44,780 nt of DNA from an uncultured Candidatus Saccharibacteria bacterium (GCA_947097085.1 CAMUQR010000001.1:1-44780); one strand, 5' to 3'. Shown: positions 1 to 9,108, numbered from the stretch's first letter. Translations and numbers: made by a program. Notes: generated by a model not told the origin, from the letters alone.

Positions 1-46
1 TTATAACAGGTGTGAATAGGGTGGGGCAAGATTAAAAAATCCGCAC

Positions 47-68
47 TTTTCCACAGAACTGTGGAAAA
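47..68. repeat. Perfect 22-bp palindrome TTTTCCACAG-aa-CTGTGGAAAA upstream of the mraZ promoter; probable dimeric-regulator site
   Basis: Read directly: 10-bp arms at 47-56 and 59-68 with a 2-bp spacer. T-run precedes and A-run follows the stem on both strands, so it is not terminator-like. Confidence 0.6.
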
Positions 69-110
69 CTAGCCAAAAATCCGCCACTTTGTAATAAAAA
101 AGTCGAAAAT

Positions 111-144
111 GGGGGTTGCAGTGGGTGAAAGTGGGTAGTATAAT
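111..144 (+). promoter_or_regulatory. mraZ/dcw promoter (-35 TTGCAG 116-121, 17-bp spacer, -10 TATAAT 139-144) overlapped by three 10-bp-phased G(G/T)GGGT boxes, a putative MraZ operator
   Basis: GGGGGT 111-116, GTGGGT 121-126 and GTGGGT 131-136 have exact 10-bp periodicity. This matches the TGGGN direct-repeat operator described for E. coli MraZ and the AAAGTG(T/G) box of Mollicutes (gaAAGTGGg). Confidence 0.65.
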
Positions 145-217
145 GAAGTCAGTGGAAAACTAAAAACAAAAACCACTAAAAAACAAACTTTAAAAAACCT
201 ATGAGAGAAAGGTAAAA

Positions 218-586
218 ATGGACACAGACTATTTCGAAAGGAAGCTCGATGACAAGAATCGCTTGACCATCCCAGCTGACTTGCGCAAAGAGTTTGAATC
301 CGGATTGATCCTGACTCGCGGTTTTGGAAAATACCTACATCTTTATTCAAAAAATGTTTGGGATAAAGAAGTAGAACCAGCTTTGGAAGGTAGCATTCTC
401 GACGAGAAAGTTGCCGACATCAACGTTCGGTTCCGCCGTGGTAAAACCGGTGGGATGCTCGACCAAAAACAAGGTCGCATTACCATCGAAAAGCATTTGC
501 TGGATTACGCTGGAATTGACCGTGATGTAGTTGCTGTTAGGGCTGGTAAGTATTGGCGATTGATGCGTCCGGACAGTCTCGATTGA
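218..586 (+). CDS. mraZ: Transcriptional regulator MraZ
   Basis: 122-aa ORF. It has duplicated MraZ-type motifs 'DDKNRLTIPADLR' and 'DQKQGRITIEKHLLDYA', and it is the first gene of a dcw-type cluster. Confidence 0.85.
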   Translation: MDTDYFERKLDDKNRLTIPADLRKEFESGLILTRGFGKYLHLYSKNVWDKEVEPALEGSILDEKVADINVRFRRGKTGGMLDQKQGRITIEKHLLDYAGIDRDVVAVRAGKYWRLMRPDSLD

Positions 587-621
587 CCGACGGCTCATTG
601 CACCCCTGCACATTAACAATT

Positions 622-883
622 CATTCTAGGTCGGATATCTGGTAACTTGACGGTGGAAGATATTCGAAAACCACCTCACAAAAGTTTCGACGCACTAATA
701 CATAAAACACACACCTCCCAAATTCACATATAAGTCTCTCAAGCGGTTGTTTCTCTCTCCCTTATTTGGAAACAACCGAACCTTATATAATAAAGAATTT
801 AGAACAACTCTATAACACTTTTTTAAAAAACAAACACTTAACAAACACAAACAGTTAAGTTATCAGATACCTGACCTAGAATG
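622..883 (+). ncRNA. Candidate structured RNA element (or MITE-like insert) in the mraZ-rsmH spacer, closed by a 25-bp long-range stem
   Basis: Arm 622-646 (CATTCTAGGTCGGATATCTGGTAAC) pairs with arm 859-883 (GTTATCAGATACCTGACCTAGAATG): 22 Watson-Crick pairs, 2 G-U pairs that exist only in the + strand RNA, and 1 mismatch. There is an internal 10-bp hairpin 744-753/769-778 and no ORF. Confidence 0.35.
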
Positions 884-938
884 ACACTGTTAGAAAGGTA
901 GAACCGACTGTTTGAGTTTACAAGCGGTTTAGGTTACA

Positions 939-1928
939 ATGACAATTATGTCAGATCTACATCAGTCAGTATTATTAGAAGCGACCTTATGTGAGCTCCA
1001 ACCTCAAGTGGGGGAGTCGTATTTAGATTTAACGGCCGGTATGGGCGGACACGCTCGAGCGGTGTTAGCTCAAACGACTAATTACGCAGATAGTTTGCTA
1101 GTTGATCGCGATGATTTCGCATTAAGTCAATTGGCGGATTTGCGGGCTCAAGGTGCAACGATTTGGAAAAGTGATTTTGCGGCCGCAACTGAGCGACTGG
1201 TGACTGATCAACGACAGTTCGATTTGATTTTGCTGGATTTAGGTGTTTCATCGCCACAGCTTGATCAGGGTGAACGAGGCTTTTCGTTTAATAAAACCGC
1301 CAAGCTCGATATGCGAATGGATCAAACTGCCGAACTTGACGCTTATCAGATTGTTAACTACTACTCGATTGGTCAAATCGTCCAAATTCTGACTGATTAT
1401 GCTGAAATCAAGCCTAAGCTGGCGATGCGAGTCGCCCAGGCGATTGATACAGCTCGACGTCAGCAGGCGATTGAAACCACCACCGAACTAGCCGAGCTTA
1501 TTTGTCAGACTCTACCTTCAAAATTAAAATATAGTAAAACCCATCCGGCGACTAAATATTTTCAGGCAATTCGGATGGCGGTTAACGACGAACTAGGGCA
1601 ATTACGATCGGCACTAGAACGTTTGCCACAATTACTGACCCCAGGCGGGCGAGTGGCGATTATCAGTTTTCATAGTTTAGAAGACCGACTAGTGAAAACT
1701 TTTTTCAAAACTCAGACTCAGCGCGGTTTATTAGCCGAACTGGAGTTAGTCACCCCGAAGCCGATTTTAGGCTCGGTTGAAGACGTTTCCAATCCGCGAT
1801 CACGTAGCGCAGTGCTACGAGTCGCAATGAAAAAACAAAAACAAAAAGGAGGCTATAATGCCAAAACAAATCAAAGTAGCAAGCAAATCACGAGCAACTC
1901 GCGTCATCGTACGCGTAGCTTAAGCTAG
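939..1928 (+). CDS. rsmH: 16S rRNA (cytosine1402-N4)-methyltransferase RsmH with a basic C-terminal tail
   Basis: 329-aa ORF with SAM-binding 'LDLTAGMGGHA' and 'IISFHSLEDRLVK' motifs. Its position after mraZ fits. The start could be ATG 939 or ATG 948. Confidence 0.9.
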   Translation: MTIMSDLHQSVLLEATLCELQPQVGESYLDLTAGMGGHARAVLAQTTNYADSLLVDRDDFALSQLADLRAQGATIWKSDFAAATERLVTDQRQFDLILLDLGVSSPQLDQGERGFSFNKTAKLDMRMDQTAELDAYQIVNYYSIGQIVQILTDYAEIKPKLAMRVAQAIDTARRQQAIETTTELAELICQTLPSKLKYSKTHPATKYFQAIRMAVNDELGQLRSALERLPQLLTPGGRVAIISFHSLEDRLVKTFFKTQTQRGLLAELELVTPKPILGSVEDVSNPRSRSAVLRVAMKKQKQKGGYNAKTNQSSKQITSNSRHRTRSLS

Positions 1929-2066
1929 GCTAATTTACTCACAACAGAGAAGCGCCGGCTTCGGGTTCATAATCAACTTGAAGTGGCGTCTTCTCGCCAA
2001 GTTTTATTTTTTAAACACAATTACCAAAAAACCAACACCAACAAGAATATAGGATTAACACCAACA

Positions 2067-2411
2067 ATGAACAGTATTACTTACGCATCACGGCGGGGAA
2101 ATCGGAATTATGGGCGCAACAAAAACATTTCCGCCTATCAATCCAACATCAAACTCGGTCCTGTAGCTCACACAGTCCTGGTCGGATTGATGATTACGGT
2201 ACTTGGCTTGATTTACCTGACTCAAGCAACCAAAACCACTGGTTATGATTATGAAATTAATAAAGTTGATACGGAAATCGCCGAACTAACCACTAAAAAA
2301 ACTGATCTCGAAATTGAAAAAGCTCGCTTGACGGCTTTGGCTACGATCGAGAATAGTTCAGTGGCGCAAAATATGACGAAGCCGACTCAGACAACTTTTG
2401 TGAAAAATTAG
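2067..2411 (+). CDS. FtsL-like bitopic cell-division protein
   Basis: Basic N-terminus, one TM helix (HTVLVGLMITVLGLIYLT), then a coiled coil (EINKVDTEIAELTTKKTDLEIEKARL). It sits in the canonical ftsL slot between rsmH and ftsI. The ORF is open from GTG 1983; ATG 2067 is preferred. Confidence 0.55.
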   Translation: MNSITYASRRGNRNYGRNKNISAYQSNIKLGPVAHTVLVGLMITVLGLIYLTQATKTTGYDYEINKVDTEIAELTTKKTDLEIEKARLTALATIENSSVAQNMTKPTQTTFVKN

Positions 2412-2552
2412 CACTGGAGTTTTTAAAGTCAAATGGCAACTTGGGAACTAACCGGAGCGATTTTTTGTTGGGTGCGCGTGGTAATTTTAGCAATCCAAGT
2501 GCAATTTTAAGTGGTTTTGGTAGTAAAAGACTAGTGTTAATTAAGCCGGTTA

Positions 2553-2561
2553 TGGTATAAT
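2553..2561 (+). promoter_or_regulatory. Extended -10 element TGGTATAAT, a possible internal promoter ahead of ftsI
   Basis: Exact TGnTATAAT lies 42 nt upstream of the ftsI GTG start, inside a 191-bp spacer. The -35 is weak. Confidence 0.4.
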
Positions 2562-2602
2562 TAGATAAAACAATAACAGTAAAAGGTCTGCATTAAAACA
2601 CC

Positions 2603-4330
2603 GTGAAAATTCTCTTCGCTAAACACAGTCGGGTCCGCATTTTGAGCGGAATTTTAACCGTCACGGTGGCGTTGATTGTGGTGCGTTTGTTTCAACTGCA
2701 AGTGATTGATCATCAAAAATATCGCCAGCTGGCTTATCAAGAACAGGTTAAAAAATTGACGATTCCAGCCCATCGAGGTCTGATTTATGCGTTAGATCAT
2801 CAAACACCAGCACCGCTTGTGATGAATGAGACGGTCTATACGATGTTTGTTGACCCACAAGTAGTGAAGGATGATAAGGCGGTTTTGGCGGCGCTGGTAG
2901 GGTTAAACCAAGATTTAATCATTGGTAATCCAGCCGAAAAACTAACTCAGAAAAATACCCGCTATCAGGTGCTGGCGCGCGGTTTATCCCGTCAACAAGC
3001 CGAAGCAATTAAAGCCAAAAAACTAACTGGTATCGGTTTTCAGGCGGTGAGTCGGCGGATCTATCCGGAGGGAGCGCTAGCCTCGCAAGTGTTAGGTTTT
3101 GTAAATGCGAATGGTGGTCAATATGGCGTTGAAGGCAAGCTCGACAAGCGCTTAACCGGTGAAAATGGCGTGTTAGAGGCGGTGACTGATATTTCCGACG
3201 TGCCACTGACCGTCGGCGAAAAATACACCAACATTCCGGCTCGCAATGGCGATAATCTGGTGCTAAGTATTGATCGCAATATTCAATCGCAAGTCGAAAA
3301 AATCCTCAAAGCTGGTCTGGAAAAAGTTGGCGCCGATAATGGTAGTGCGCTGGTGATGAATCCTCAAACTGGTCAAATTATGGCGATGGTGAATTATCCG
3401 AGTTATTCGGTAGCTGAGTTTAATAAGGTTAAAGATGTGGCACTGTTTAATAATGCGACGGTTGATCGCCCTTATGAGGCCGGATCAGTCATTAAAGTCT
3501 TCACGGTAGCGATGGGTATTAATGAGGGTAAAATCACACCTCAAACTGTGTTTTACAACCAAGATACGGTGAAAGTTGGTGATCGCACCATTAAGAATGC
3601 CTACAAGGGCAAAATCGGTAATATTACGATGCAAGACGCTCTACAATATTCGCTCAACACTGGGATGGTGAATATTATTTCGCGTCTCGGCGGTGGCAAT
3701 ATTGATCGGTCGGCACGTAATATTATTTACAATTATTTTCATGATCGATTCCGGCTTGGTCAAAAAACTAATGTCGAACTACCAGAAACGGCTGGTATTA
3801 TCATCCCGCCAACTGAGGTTGAGGGTAATGCTGTGCGGTATTCGAATATGTCTTTTGGGCAGGGAATGGATGTGACGATGGTGCAAGTGGCGGCGGGATT
3901 TTCGGCGATTATTAATGGTGGCGTTTATTATCAGCCAACTGTTCTGGCTGGTACGGTTGAAAATGGTATTTTTAAGGCACAAGCACCAAAAGTGATTGAT
4001 GGGCAAGTAGTTAAAAACACTACCTCAACCCAGGTACGTCAGATGTTGACTGAGGCACGTCGGCTGTATTATAAAAATGTTGACCGAGCTGGTTATGAAA
4101 TCGGCGGTAAAACTGGTACCAGTGAAAAGATTGTTGATGGTAAATATGTGGAAAATCAAACAATTGCGACTTATTTGGGTTATGGCGGGACAAATCGCCC
4201 CGAATATGTCATAATGATTAGAGTGGACGGTAAGGGTAAATACCTGGCTGGTAATACCGATGCCACACCAATTTTTACTGATATTTCCAACTGGTTAATT
4301 GATTATTTAAAACTATATCCGAAGGAGTAA
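2603..4330 (+). CDS. ftsI: Class B penicillin-binding protein / peptidoglycan D,D-transpeptidase FtsI
   Basis: 575-aa ORF with an N-terminal TM helix and the motifs SxxK 'SVIK', SxN 'SLN' and KTG 'KTGT'. GTG start. Confidence 0.85.
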   Translation: MKILFAKHSRVRILSGILTVTVALIVVRLFQLQVIDHQKYRQLAYQEQVKKLTIPAHRGLIYALDHQTPAPLVMNETVYTMFVDPQVVKDDKAVLAALVGLNQDLIIGNPAEKLTQKNTRYQVLARGLSRQQAEAIKAKKLTGIGFQAVSRRIYPEGALASQVLGFVNANGGQYGVEGKLDKRLTGENGVLEAVTDISDVPLTVGEKYTNIPARNGDNLVLSIDRNIQSQVEKILKAGLEKVGADNGSALVMNPQTGQIMAMVNYPSYSVAEFNKVKDVALFNNATVDRPYEAGSVIKVFTVAMGINEGKITPQTVFYNQDTVKVGDRTIKNAYKGKIGNITMQDALQYSLNTGMVNIISRLGGGNIDRSARNIIYNYFHDRFRLGQKTNVELPETAGIIIPPTEVEGNAVRYSNMSFGQGMDVTMVQVAAGFSAIINGGVYYQPTVLAGTVENGIFKAQAPKVIDGQVVKNTTSTQVRQMLTEARRLYYKNVDRAGYEIGGKTGTSEKIVDGKYVENQTIATYLGYGGTNRPEYVIMIRVDGKGKYLAGNTDATPIFTDISNWLIDYLKLYPKE

Positions 4331-4331
4331 G

Positions 4332-5369
4332 ATGATTTTTAGCTCGCTAACCACTATTTCAAATTATGCTCAGAATAGCTTTAGTCTGGCGATTGCCACG
4401 ATAATTATTGCTTTTTTATTGACGCCGATTTACACTCATGTGGCTTATAAATATAAATTCTGGAAAAAACAACGCGAAACCACCACGACGGGCGAAAAAT
4501 TAAAGGTGTTTACTAAACTCCATGCTGCGAAGTTTCGTCGCAATATTCCGACAATGGCTGGCGTAATTATCGTGCTGTCGGTATCGATTGTAACGCTCGG
4601 CTGGAATCTGGATCGTGGTCAAACCTATTTGCCACTGGCTGCGTTGATTGGCGGTGGTTTGGTCGGCTTGATTGACGACGTGATCAACGTGTTCGGCACT
4701 GGCAGGGGCGTGGCTGGTTTGCGGTCAAGTTTGAAATTTATCATGGTGCTATTGCTCGGTTTGGGGCTGGGTTGGTATTTTTATGCGAAACTAGGCTATC
4801 ACACCATGCACGTGCCGTTTGTTGGCAATTGGGATTTGGGTTGGTTGATTATCCCGGTGTTTGCTTTTGCGGTAGTATCAACTGGCAACGCGGTCAATAT
4901 CAGTGACGGCTTGGATGGTTTGGCTGGAGGACTGGCGGCATCGGCTTTCACGGGATTTGGGACAATTGCTTTGTTGCAAGGTCATGTTGGTATGGCTGGG
5001 TTCTGCTTTACGGTTGTGGGGGCGCTGGTGGTGTATTTGTGGTTTAATATTTATCCGGCGCGCTTTTTCATGGGGGATGTTGGTAGTTTTGCCTTGGGTA
5101 CTAGTCTAGGAGTGATCGCAATGCTGACCGATACGTTTTTGCTAGTGCCGGTTATTGGAGCTTTGTTTGTGATTGAAGCTGGTTCGAGCTTACTACAAAT
5201 CACCTCGAAGCGTCTTTTTGGTAAGAAAATCTTCATTTCAGCGCCGATTCATCATCATCTGGAGGCTAAGGGTTGGGAGGAAACGAAAATTACCATGCGC
5301 TTTTGGCTGATTTCGGCAGCAGTGGCAGCGATCGGGGTCTTAATTGCGATCAAAGGTGGTCATGTCTAA
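4332..5369 (+). CDS. mraY: Phospho-N-acetylmuramoyl-pentapeptide transferase MraY
   Basis: 345-aa polytopic ORF with 'NISDGLDGLAGG' and 'MGDVGSFALG' motifs. AGGAG RBS; the start lies 1 nt after the ftsI stop. Confidence 0.95.
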   Translation: MIFSSLTTISNYAQNSFSLAIATIIIAFLLTPIYTHVAYKYKFWKKQRETTTTGEKLKVFTKLHAAKFRRNIPTMAGVIIVLSVSIVTLGWNLDRGQTYLPLAALIGGGLVGLIDDVINVFGTGRGVAGLRSSLKFIMVLLLGLGLGWYFYAKLGYHTMHVPFVGNWDLGWLIIPVFAFAVVSTGNAVNISDGLDGLAGGLAASAFTGFGTIALLQGHVGMAGFCFTVVGALVVYLWFNIYPARFFMGDVGSFALGTSLGVIAMLTDTFLLVPVIGALFVIEAGSSLLQITSKRLFGKKIFISAPIHHHLEAKGWEETKITMRFWLISAAVAAIGVLIAIKGGHV

Positions 5370-6699
5370 AACCTTTTTTGGCACTATTGGTGGGCTGTGG
5401 GCTAACTTTTTAGCAATTGTTGGACAAGCTAGCGGGCGAGTGTCTGATCGGCCAACTCAGGCACGGCGCATTGCGAAGCCGGGACTTAATAATTTAGCTG
5501 GTTCCAGCCAGACAATTGTTCGTAAACATCGTCCAGATTATTACATCGTGATGTATATGATTTTGCTGATGCTAATTGGTTTGGTGCTGATTTATGCGAT
5601 TGGTCCACAGCGCGTAAATCTGCTCAATCGTTCGTTTGATAGTAATAATCAATATAGTCAGACTTATTTTTTCTCGAAGCAGTTGATAAGTTTGGTGCTA
5701 GCGATTGTGGCCTTTGTAATGACCGCCAGCGTACCTCTCGAAAAACTTAAAAAACACGCATTGTTGATTTTAGCTATAGGTCTAGGGGCTGGCATGTTTT
5801 TGTTTATATTCTCAAAACAACCACTGTATAAGCTGGGCTTGGTGCAATGCAGTTTAGGAGCATGTCGGTGGCTGAATTTTCGGTTTATGACTATTCAGGT
5901 AGCTGAAGTAATTAAAATCAGTTTGGTGGTATTTTTTGCGGTATTTTGGAAGTTTTTTGCTGATAAACAAACGCTGAATAAATCAGCCAATCTATTTTAT
6001 TCGGCGGTGATTTTAGCATTAGCGCTGTTAATGATTGTGGTTTGGCAAAATGACTTGGGTACGGGCTTATCAATGGTGTTTATTTTGCTGGCGATGTTAT
6101 GGAATGCTGGCGTGAAACCGCAAATCATGCTATTGATTGCGGTCTGTGGAGCTGTAGTGGCGTTGGGATTTGTGGCTGTAAAACCACACCGTATGGCGCG
6201 GGTGATGACTTTCTTAAAGGGCGATAGTACAGAAATTACCGATTCAACTCGTCATATTATCCAAGCAAAAATCGCTGTTGGCTCGGGCGGAATGTTTGGT
6301 TTAGGGATTGGCAAGAGCGTGCAAGCAACTGGCTACCTACCTGAGGCGATTAACGACTCAATTTTTGCGATTATCGGCGAAGTGTTTGGTTTTGCGGGCT
6401 GTATCGTGGTAGTTGGGTTGTTTGCGGCCTTGGTGGCTCGCTTGCTAAAAAATGTCGCCACGTCTCATGACGCGTTTAATCGGTTATTAATTACTGGAGC
6501 GGCTGCTTGGGTGTTTTCGCATTTTGCGATTAATATTACTTCAATGCTGGGAATTGCGCCGATGACTGGTATAACCTTGCCGTTTTTGAGTTATGGTGGT
6601 ACGAGTATGATTTTTGTGGCGGGGGTGCTTGGCTTGGCGTTTAACGCCTCGCAATTTACGGCACATAGCATTTATTCATTCAAACGAGGTAAACTATGA
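5362..6699 (+). CDS. ftsW: SEDS-family peptidoglycan glycosyltransferase FtsW/RodA
   Basis: Polytopic protein with 'GLGIGKSVQATGYLPEAINDSIFA' and 'PFLSYGGTSM' motifs. ATG 5362 overlaps the mraY stop (ATGTCTAA). The ORF is also open from TTG 5344. Confidence 0.85.
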   Translation: MSKTFFGTIGGLWANFLAIVGQASGRVSDRPTQARRIAKPGLNNLAGSSQTIVRKHRPDYYIVMYMILLMLIGLVLIYAIGPQRVNLLNRSFDSNNQYSQTYFFSKQLISLVLAIVAFVMTASVPLEKLKKHALLILAIGLGAGMFLFIFSKQPLYKLGLVQCSLGACRWLNFRFMTIQVAEVIKISLVVFFAVFWKFFADKQTLNKSANLFYSAVILALALLMIVVWQNDLGTGLSMVFILLAMLWNAGVKPQIMLLIAVCGAVVALGFVAVKPHRMARVMTFLKGDSTEITDSTRHIIQAKIAVGSGGMFGLGIGKSVQATGYLPEAINDSIFAIIGEVFGFAGCIVVVGLFAALVARLLKNVATSHDAFNRLLITGAAAWVFSHFAINITSMLGIAPMTGITLPFLSYGGTSMIFVAGVLGLAFNASQFTAHSIYSFKRGKL

Positions 6700-7838
6700 A
6701 AATTCTAACAGTTGGTGGCGGTTCGGGTGGACACATTATCCCGGTAGTGGCAGTGGTGGAAAAATTGCACCAGCTGACACCGGAAGCGGAAATTCGTTTT
6801 TGGTGTGATCGCAAGAGTCTGAAAATGGCACGAGAAGCGTTTGCTGGTCAATCGGTTGCAATTAAAGCTATCTCAGCTGGTAAGTTTCGGCGTTATCATC
6901 ACTTCAGTTGGTGGCAACATTTGCGCCCCTCAATTATCATTCCAAATTTGATTGATTTGTTTAAGATCGTTGGGGGTTTTATACAGAGTTGGTGGCGACT
7001 GTTAATTTGGCGACCAGATGTAATTTTTGCAAAAGGTGGTTTTGTGTGCTTGCCAGTGGGGATTGTGGCACACTGGATGGGGATTAAACTGATTATTCAC
7101 GATTCAGACACCGTGGCTGGGCTAACTAATCGGATTTTATCGAAATATGCTGTAAAAATAACAACAGGTATGCCGGTTGAATACTATCGTTATCCAACGA
7201 ACAAAACTGTATTTGTCGGTAGTCCGGTGCGTCAGGGTAGTGGATCGGTCGCTGATCTTAGACAACAGCTGCAGATTTCTCCTGAAAAATTAGTGATTTT
7301 AGTCTCGGGTGGAGGACTAGGTTCGGACTTTTTAAATCGGATGACGCTAGCTAATCTTGAACATTTGCCAGAAAACTGTCAGGTGATTTTGTCGGCCGGC
7401 CGGGATAATTATCAGGCGGTGATTAGTCAAGATTTTGATAAAAACAAGCTCATCGTGCGTGATTTTGTGACTAATTTTGCCGATTATGTGCGATTGGCGG
7501 ATGTGGTAGTGGCGCGGGCTGGGGCAACCACTATTGCTGAGTTGGCGGTGCTAGCTAAACCAGTAATTTTGGTTCCAAATCCGAAGTTGGTTGAGGGCCA
7601 TCAACTCAAAAATGCTCAGATGTTAGCTGATAAACAAGCAGCGGTAGTGCTGGATGAGTTTGCTTTGGAACAAGCGCCGGAGCAATTCGGGAAAGCGATT
7701 AATGAATTATTAGGTGATCAACGTCAGAGAGAAATATTGAGTCATAATATCCAGCAATTTGCGAATCCGCAGTCAGCGTTGATTTTGGCGGAATTAATTA
7801 TTGCGGAAATTAAGGGTGGGGAAGATAAGCGTGGATAA
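6696..7838 (+). CDS. murG: UDP-N-acetylglucosamine--N-acetylmuramyl-(pentapeptide) pyrophosphoryl-undecaprenol GlcNAc transferase MurG
   Basis: 380-aa ORF with 'GGGSGGHIIPVVAV', 'SGGGLGS' and 'ARAGATTIAEL' motifs. ATGA overlap with the ftsW stop. Confidence 0.9.
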   Translation: MKILTVGGGSGGHIIPVVAVVEKLHQLTPEAEIRFWCDRKSLKMAREAFAGQSVAIKAISAGKFRRYHHFSWWQHLRPSIIIPNLIDLFKIVGGFIQSWWRLLIWRPDVIFAKGGFVCLPVGIVAHWMGIKLIIHDSDTVAGLTNRILSKYAVKITTGMPVEYYRYPTNKTVFVGSPVRQGSGSVADLRQQLQISPEKLVILVSGGGLGSDFLNRMTLANLEHLPENCQVILSAGRDNYQAVISQDFDKNKLIVRDFVTNFADYVRLADVVVARAGATTIAELAVLAKPVILVPNPKLVEGHQLKNAQMLADKQAAVVLDEFALEQAPEQFGKAINELLGDQRQREILSHNIQQFANPQSALILAELIIAEIKGGEDKRG

Positions 7839-8910
7839 TTTTCGACCAAAATTTTATTATTCGCACAAAAATACAAACGCTAAGCGATCGCCTCGGCGTT
7901 CATTAGCTCGAACAGAGTCGCAAACAAACTCTGTAGAATCTACTCATCCTTCAGCGGAAGTGGTAATTGGCGACTCCACGAATTTCACGGTAGAATCGGC
8001 AATTGATACCGTGCCGACTTATCAACCGCGTTTGGGTCAGCGTTCGCAACTGCGTCAGTCGACACCGCATTCAGCACGCACTTCTCAGATGACTTTTTCG
8101 GGGAGGAGTTTTAATGTTGGGCAAACCTTGCGCGCTAGTGAAGTGTCGGAACGTGACAATCTCAAAAAACTACGCAATCGGCGTAAAAAAATTCTTCGAC
8201 TGCTACGCTATAGCATCTTCGGTATTGTGTTAATGACGATTTTTGTGCGTTTTTTTATCTTTAAAATTGAAGTAAAAGTTGTTGATTTTCGGACTGCACC
8301 CGAGACTGCTAAATACCAAACGGCGATTGCGAATTATTTGGCGCAACAGCCATTTGAGCGACTGAGTTTTAATATTGATAAATCACATTTAGAGCATTCG
8401 ATTCAGGCGGAACATCCAGAATTATTCGAGGTAAAACAGATTACTAGTGGCTTTTTGCAACCAACTCAATTTGAGCTGGTACTGCGCAAGCCGGTGGCGA
8501 CCATGCTGGTTAATCAAAAACGCTATTTTGTTGATTCAGCTGGTGTGCCGTTTGTTCACAATTACCATCAAACCCCAAGTATTGAGATTAATGATCAATC
8601 TGGCATTAAACAATCAGGACAGCTCAATCAACAACTAATCAGCGGACGATTTTTACACTTTATCGGCCGAGCGATTGCTTTGACCGGCGAAAAAAGCCAC
8701 CAAATTGTCTCGGCAACAATTCCGACTGGCACGGTGCATCAAATTGAGTTTAAGGTCAAAGGTTTTGATTTGTATCTGAAAATGACGATTGATCGTGATG
8801 TGGCTGAACAGGTTGAGGACGCGACGCGAAGTCTCGATTATATCAAGCGAACTGGACTTAAGCCTCAATATCTCGATGTGCGTGTCGCCAATAAGGTATT
8901 TTATAAATAG
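7831..8910 (+). CDS. FtsQ/DivIB-like cell-division protein with a long disordered basic N-terminus
   Basis: About 130 aa of low-complexity cytoplasmic region, a TM helix (IFGIVLMTIFVRFFIF), then a POTRA-like extracytoplasmic domain. It occupies the ftsQ slot after murG. GTG 7831 overlaps the murG stop (GTGGATAA). The ORF is open from 7801. Confidence 0.6.
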   Translation: MDNFRPKFYYSHKNTNAKRSPRRSLARTESQTNSVESTHPSAEVVIGDSTNFTVESAIDTVPTYQPRLGQRSQLRQSTPHSARTSQMTFSGRSFNVGQTLRASEVSERDNLKKLRNRRKKILRLLRYSIFGIVLMTIFVRFFIFKIEVKVVDFRTAPETAKYQTAIANYLAQQPFERLSFNIDKSHLEHSIQAEHPELFEVKQITSGFLQPTQFELVLRKPVATMLVNQKRYFVDSAGVPFVHNYHQTPSIEINDQSGIKQSGQLNQQLISGRFLHFIGRAIALTGEKSHQIVSATIPTGTVHQIEFKVKGFDLYLKMTIDRDVAEQVEDATRSLDYIKRTGLKPQYLDVRVANKVFYK

Positions 8911-9070
8911 GCTAGACAAAGAGACTAGATACAAAAAATAGCCACTTGGTAGGCCGGCGAATACTAGGAGGGTAAGATCCGCCAGCCAACTAAATGGCTA
9001 TGTAGGAGATTATAGCAGGTTGAGGCGATAAAGTCAAGGTTTTTTCGGGTTTTCCCCTAATCTCTGCTCT

Positions 9071-9108
9071 AGTTCGGTTTTTGTTCGTTTAATAAAATAC
9101 AGAGGTGG
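9071..9108. repeat. Left copy of a duplicated block: 16-mer AGTTCGGTTTTTGTTC (9071-9086) followed by 10-mer ACAGAGGTGG (9099-9108)
   Basis: The same exact 16-mer occurs at 9969-9984 and the same 10-mer at 10081-10090, in the same order and orientation. Confidence 0.7.

Noticed and set aside
47-68. DnaA boxes or oriC: TTTTCCACA/TGTGGAAAA fits the relaxed DnaA-box pattern TTWTNCACA, with a further copy at 9223-9231 in the AT-rich gap
   Set aside because: There are only three boxes and no dnaA or dnaN nearby. Genes converge on the gap rather than diverging from it, which is the opposite of an origin. The perfect palindrome is better explained as a dimeric regulator site. It would need a genome-wide GC-skew plot to settle.
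1983-2066. GTG-initiated 28-codon extension of the FtsL-like ORF
   Set aside because: The extension overlaps a hairpin in the rsmH-ftsL spacer. ATG 2067 gives the usual short basic N-terminus before the TM helix. It is kept only as an alternative start.
584-6699. Alternative genetic code with UGA recoding, as in some CPR lineages
   Set aside because: TGA terminates mraZ (584-586) and ftsW (6697-6699) at the expected protein lengths, with the next gene starting immediately. The standard code 11 fits all genes.
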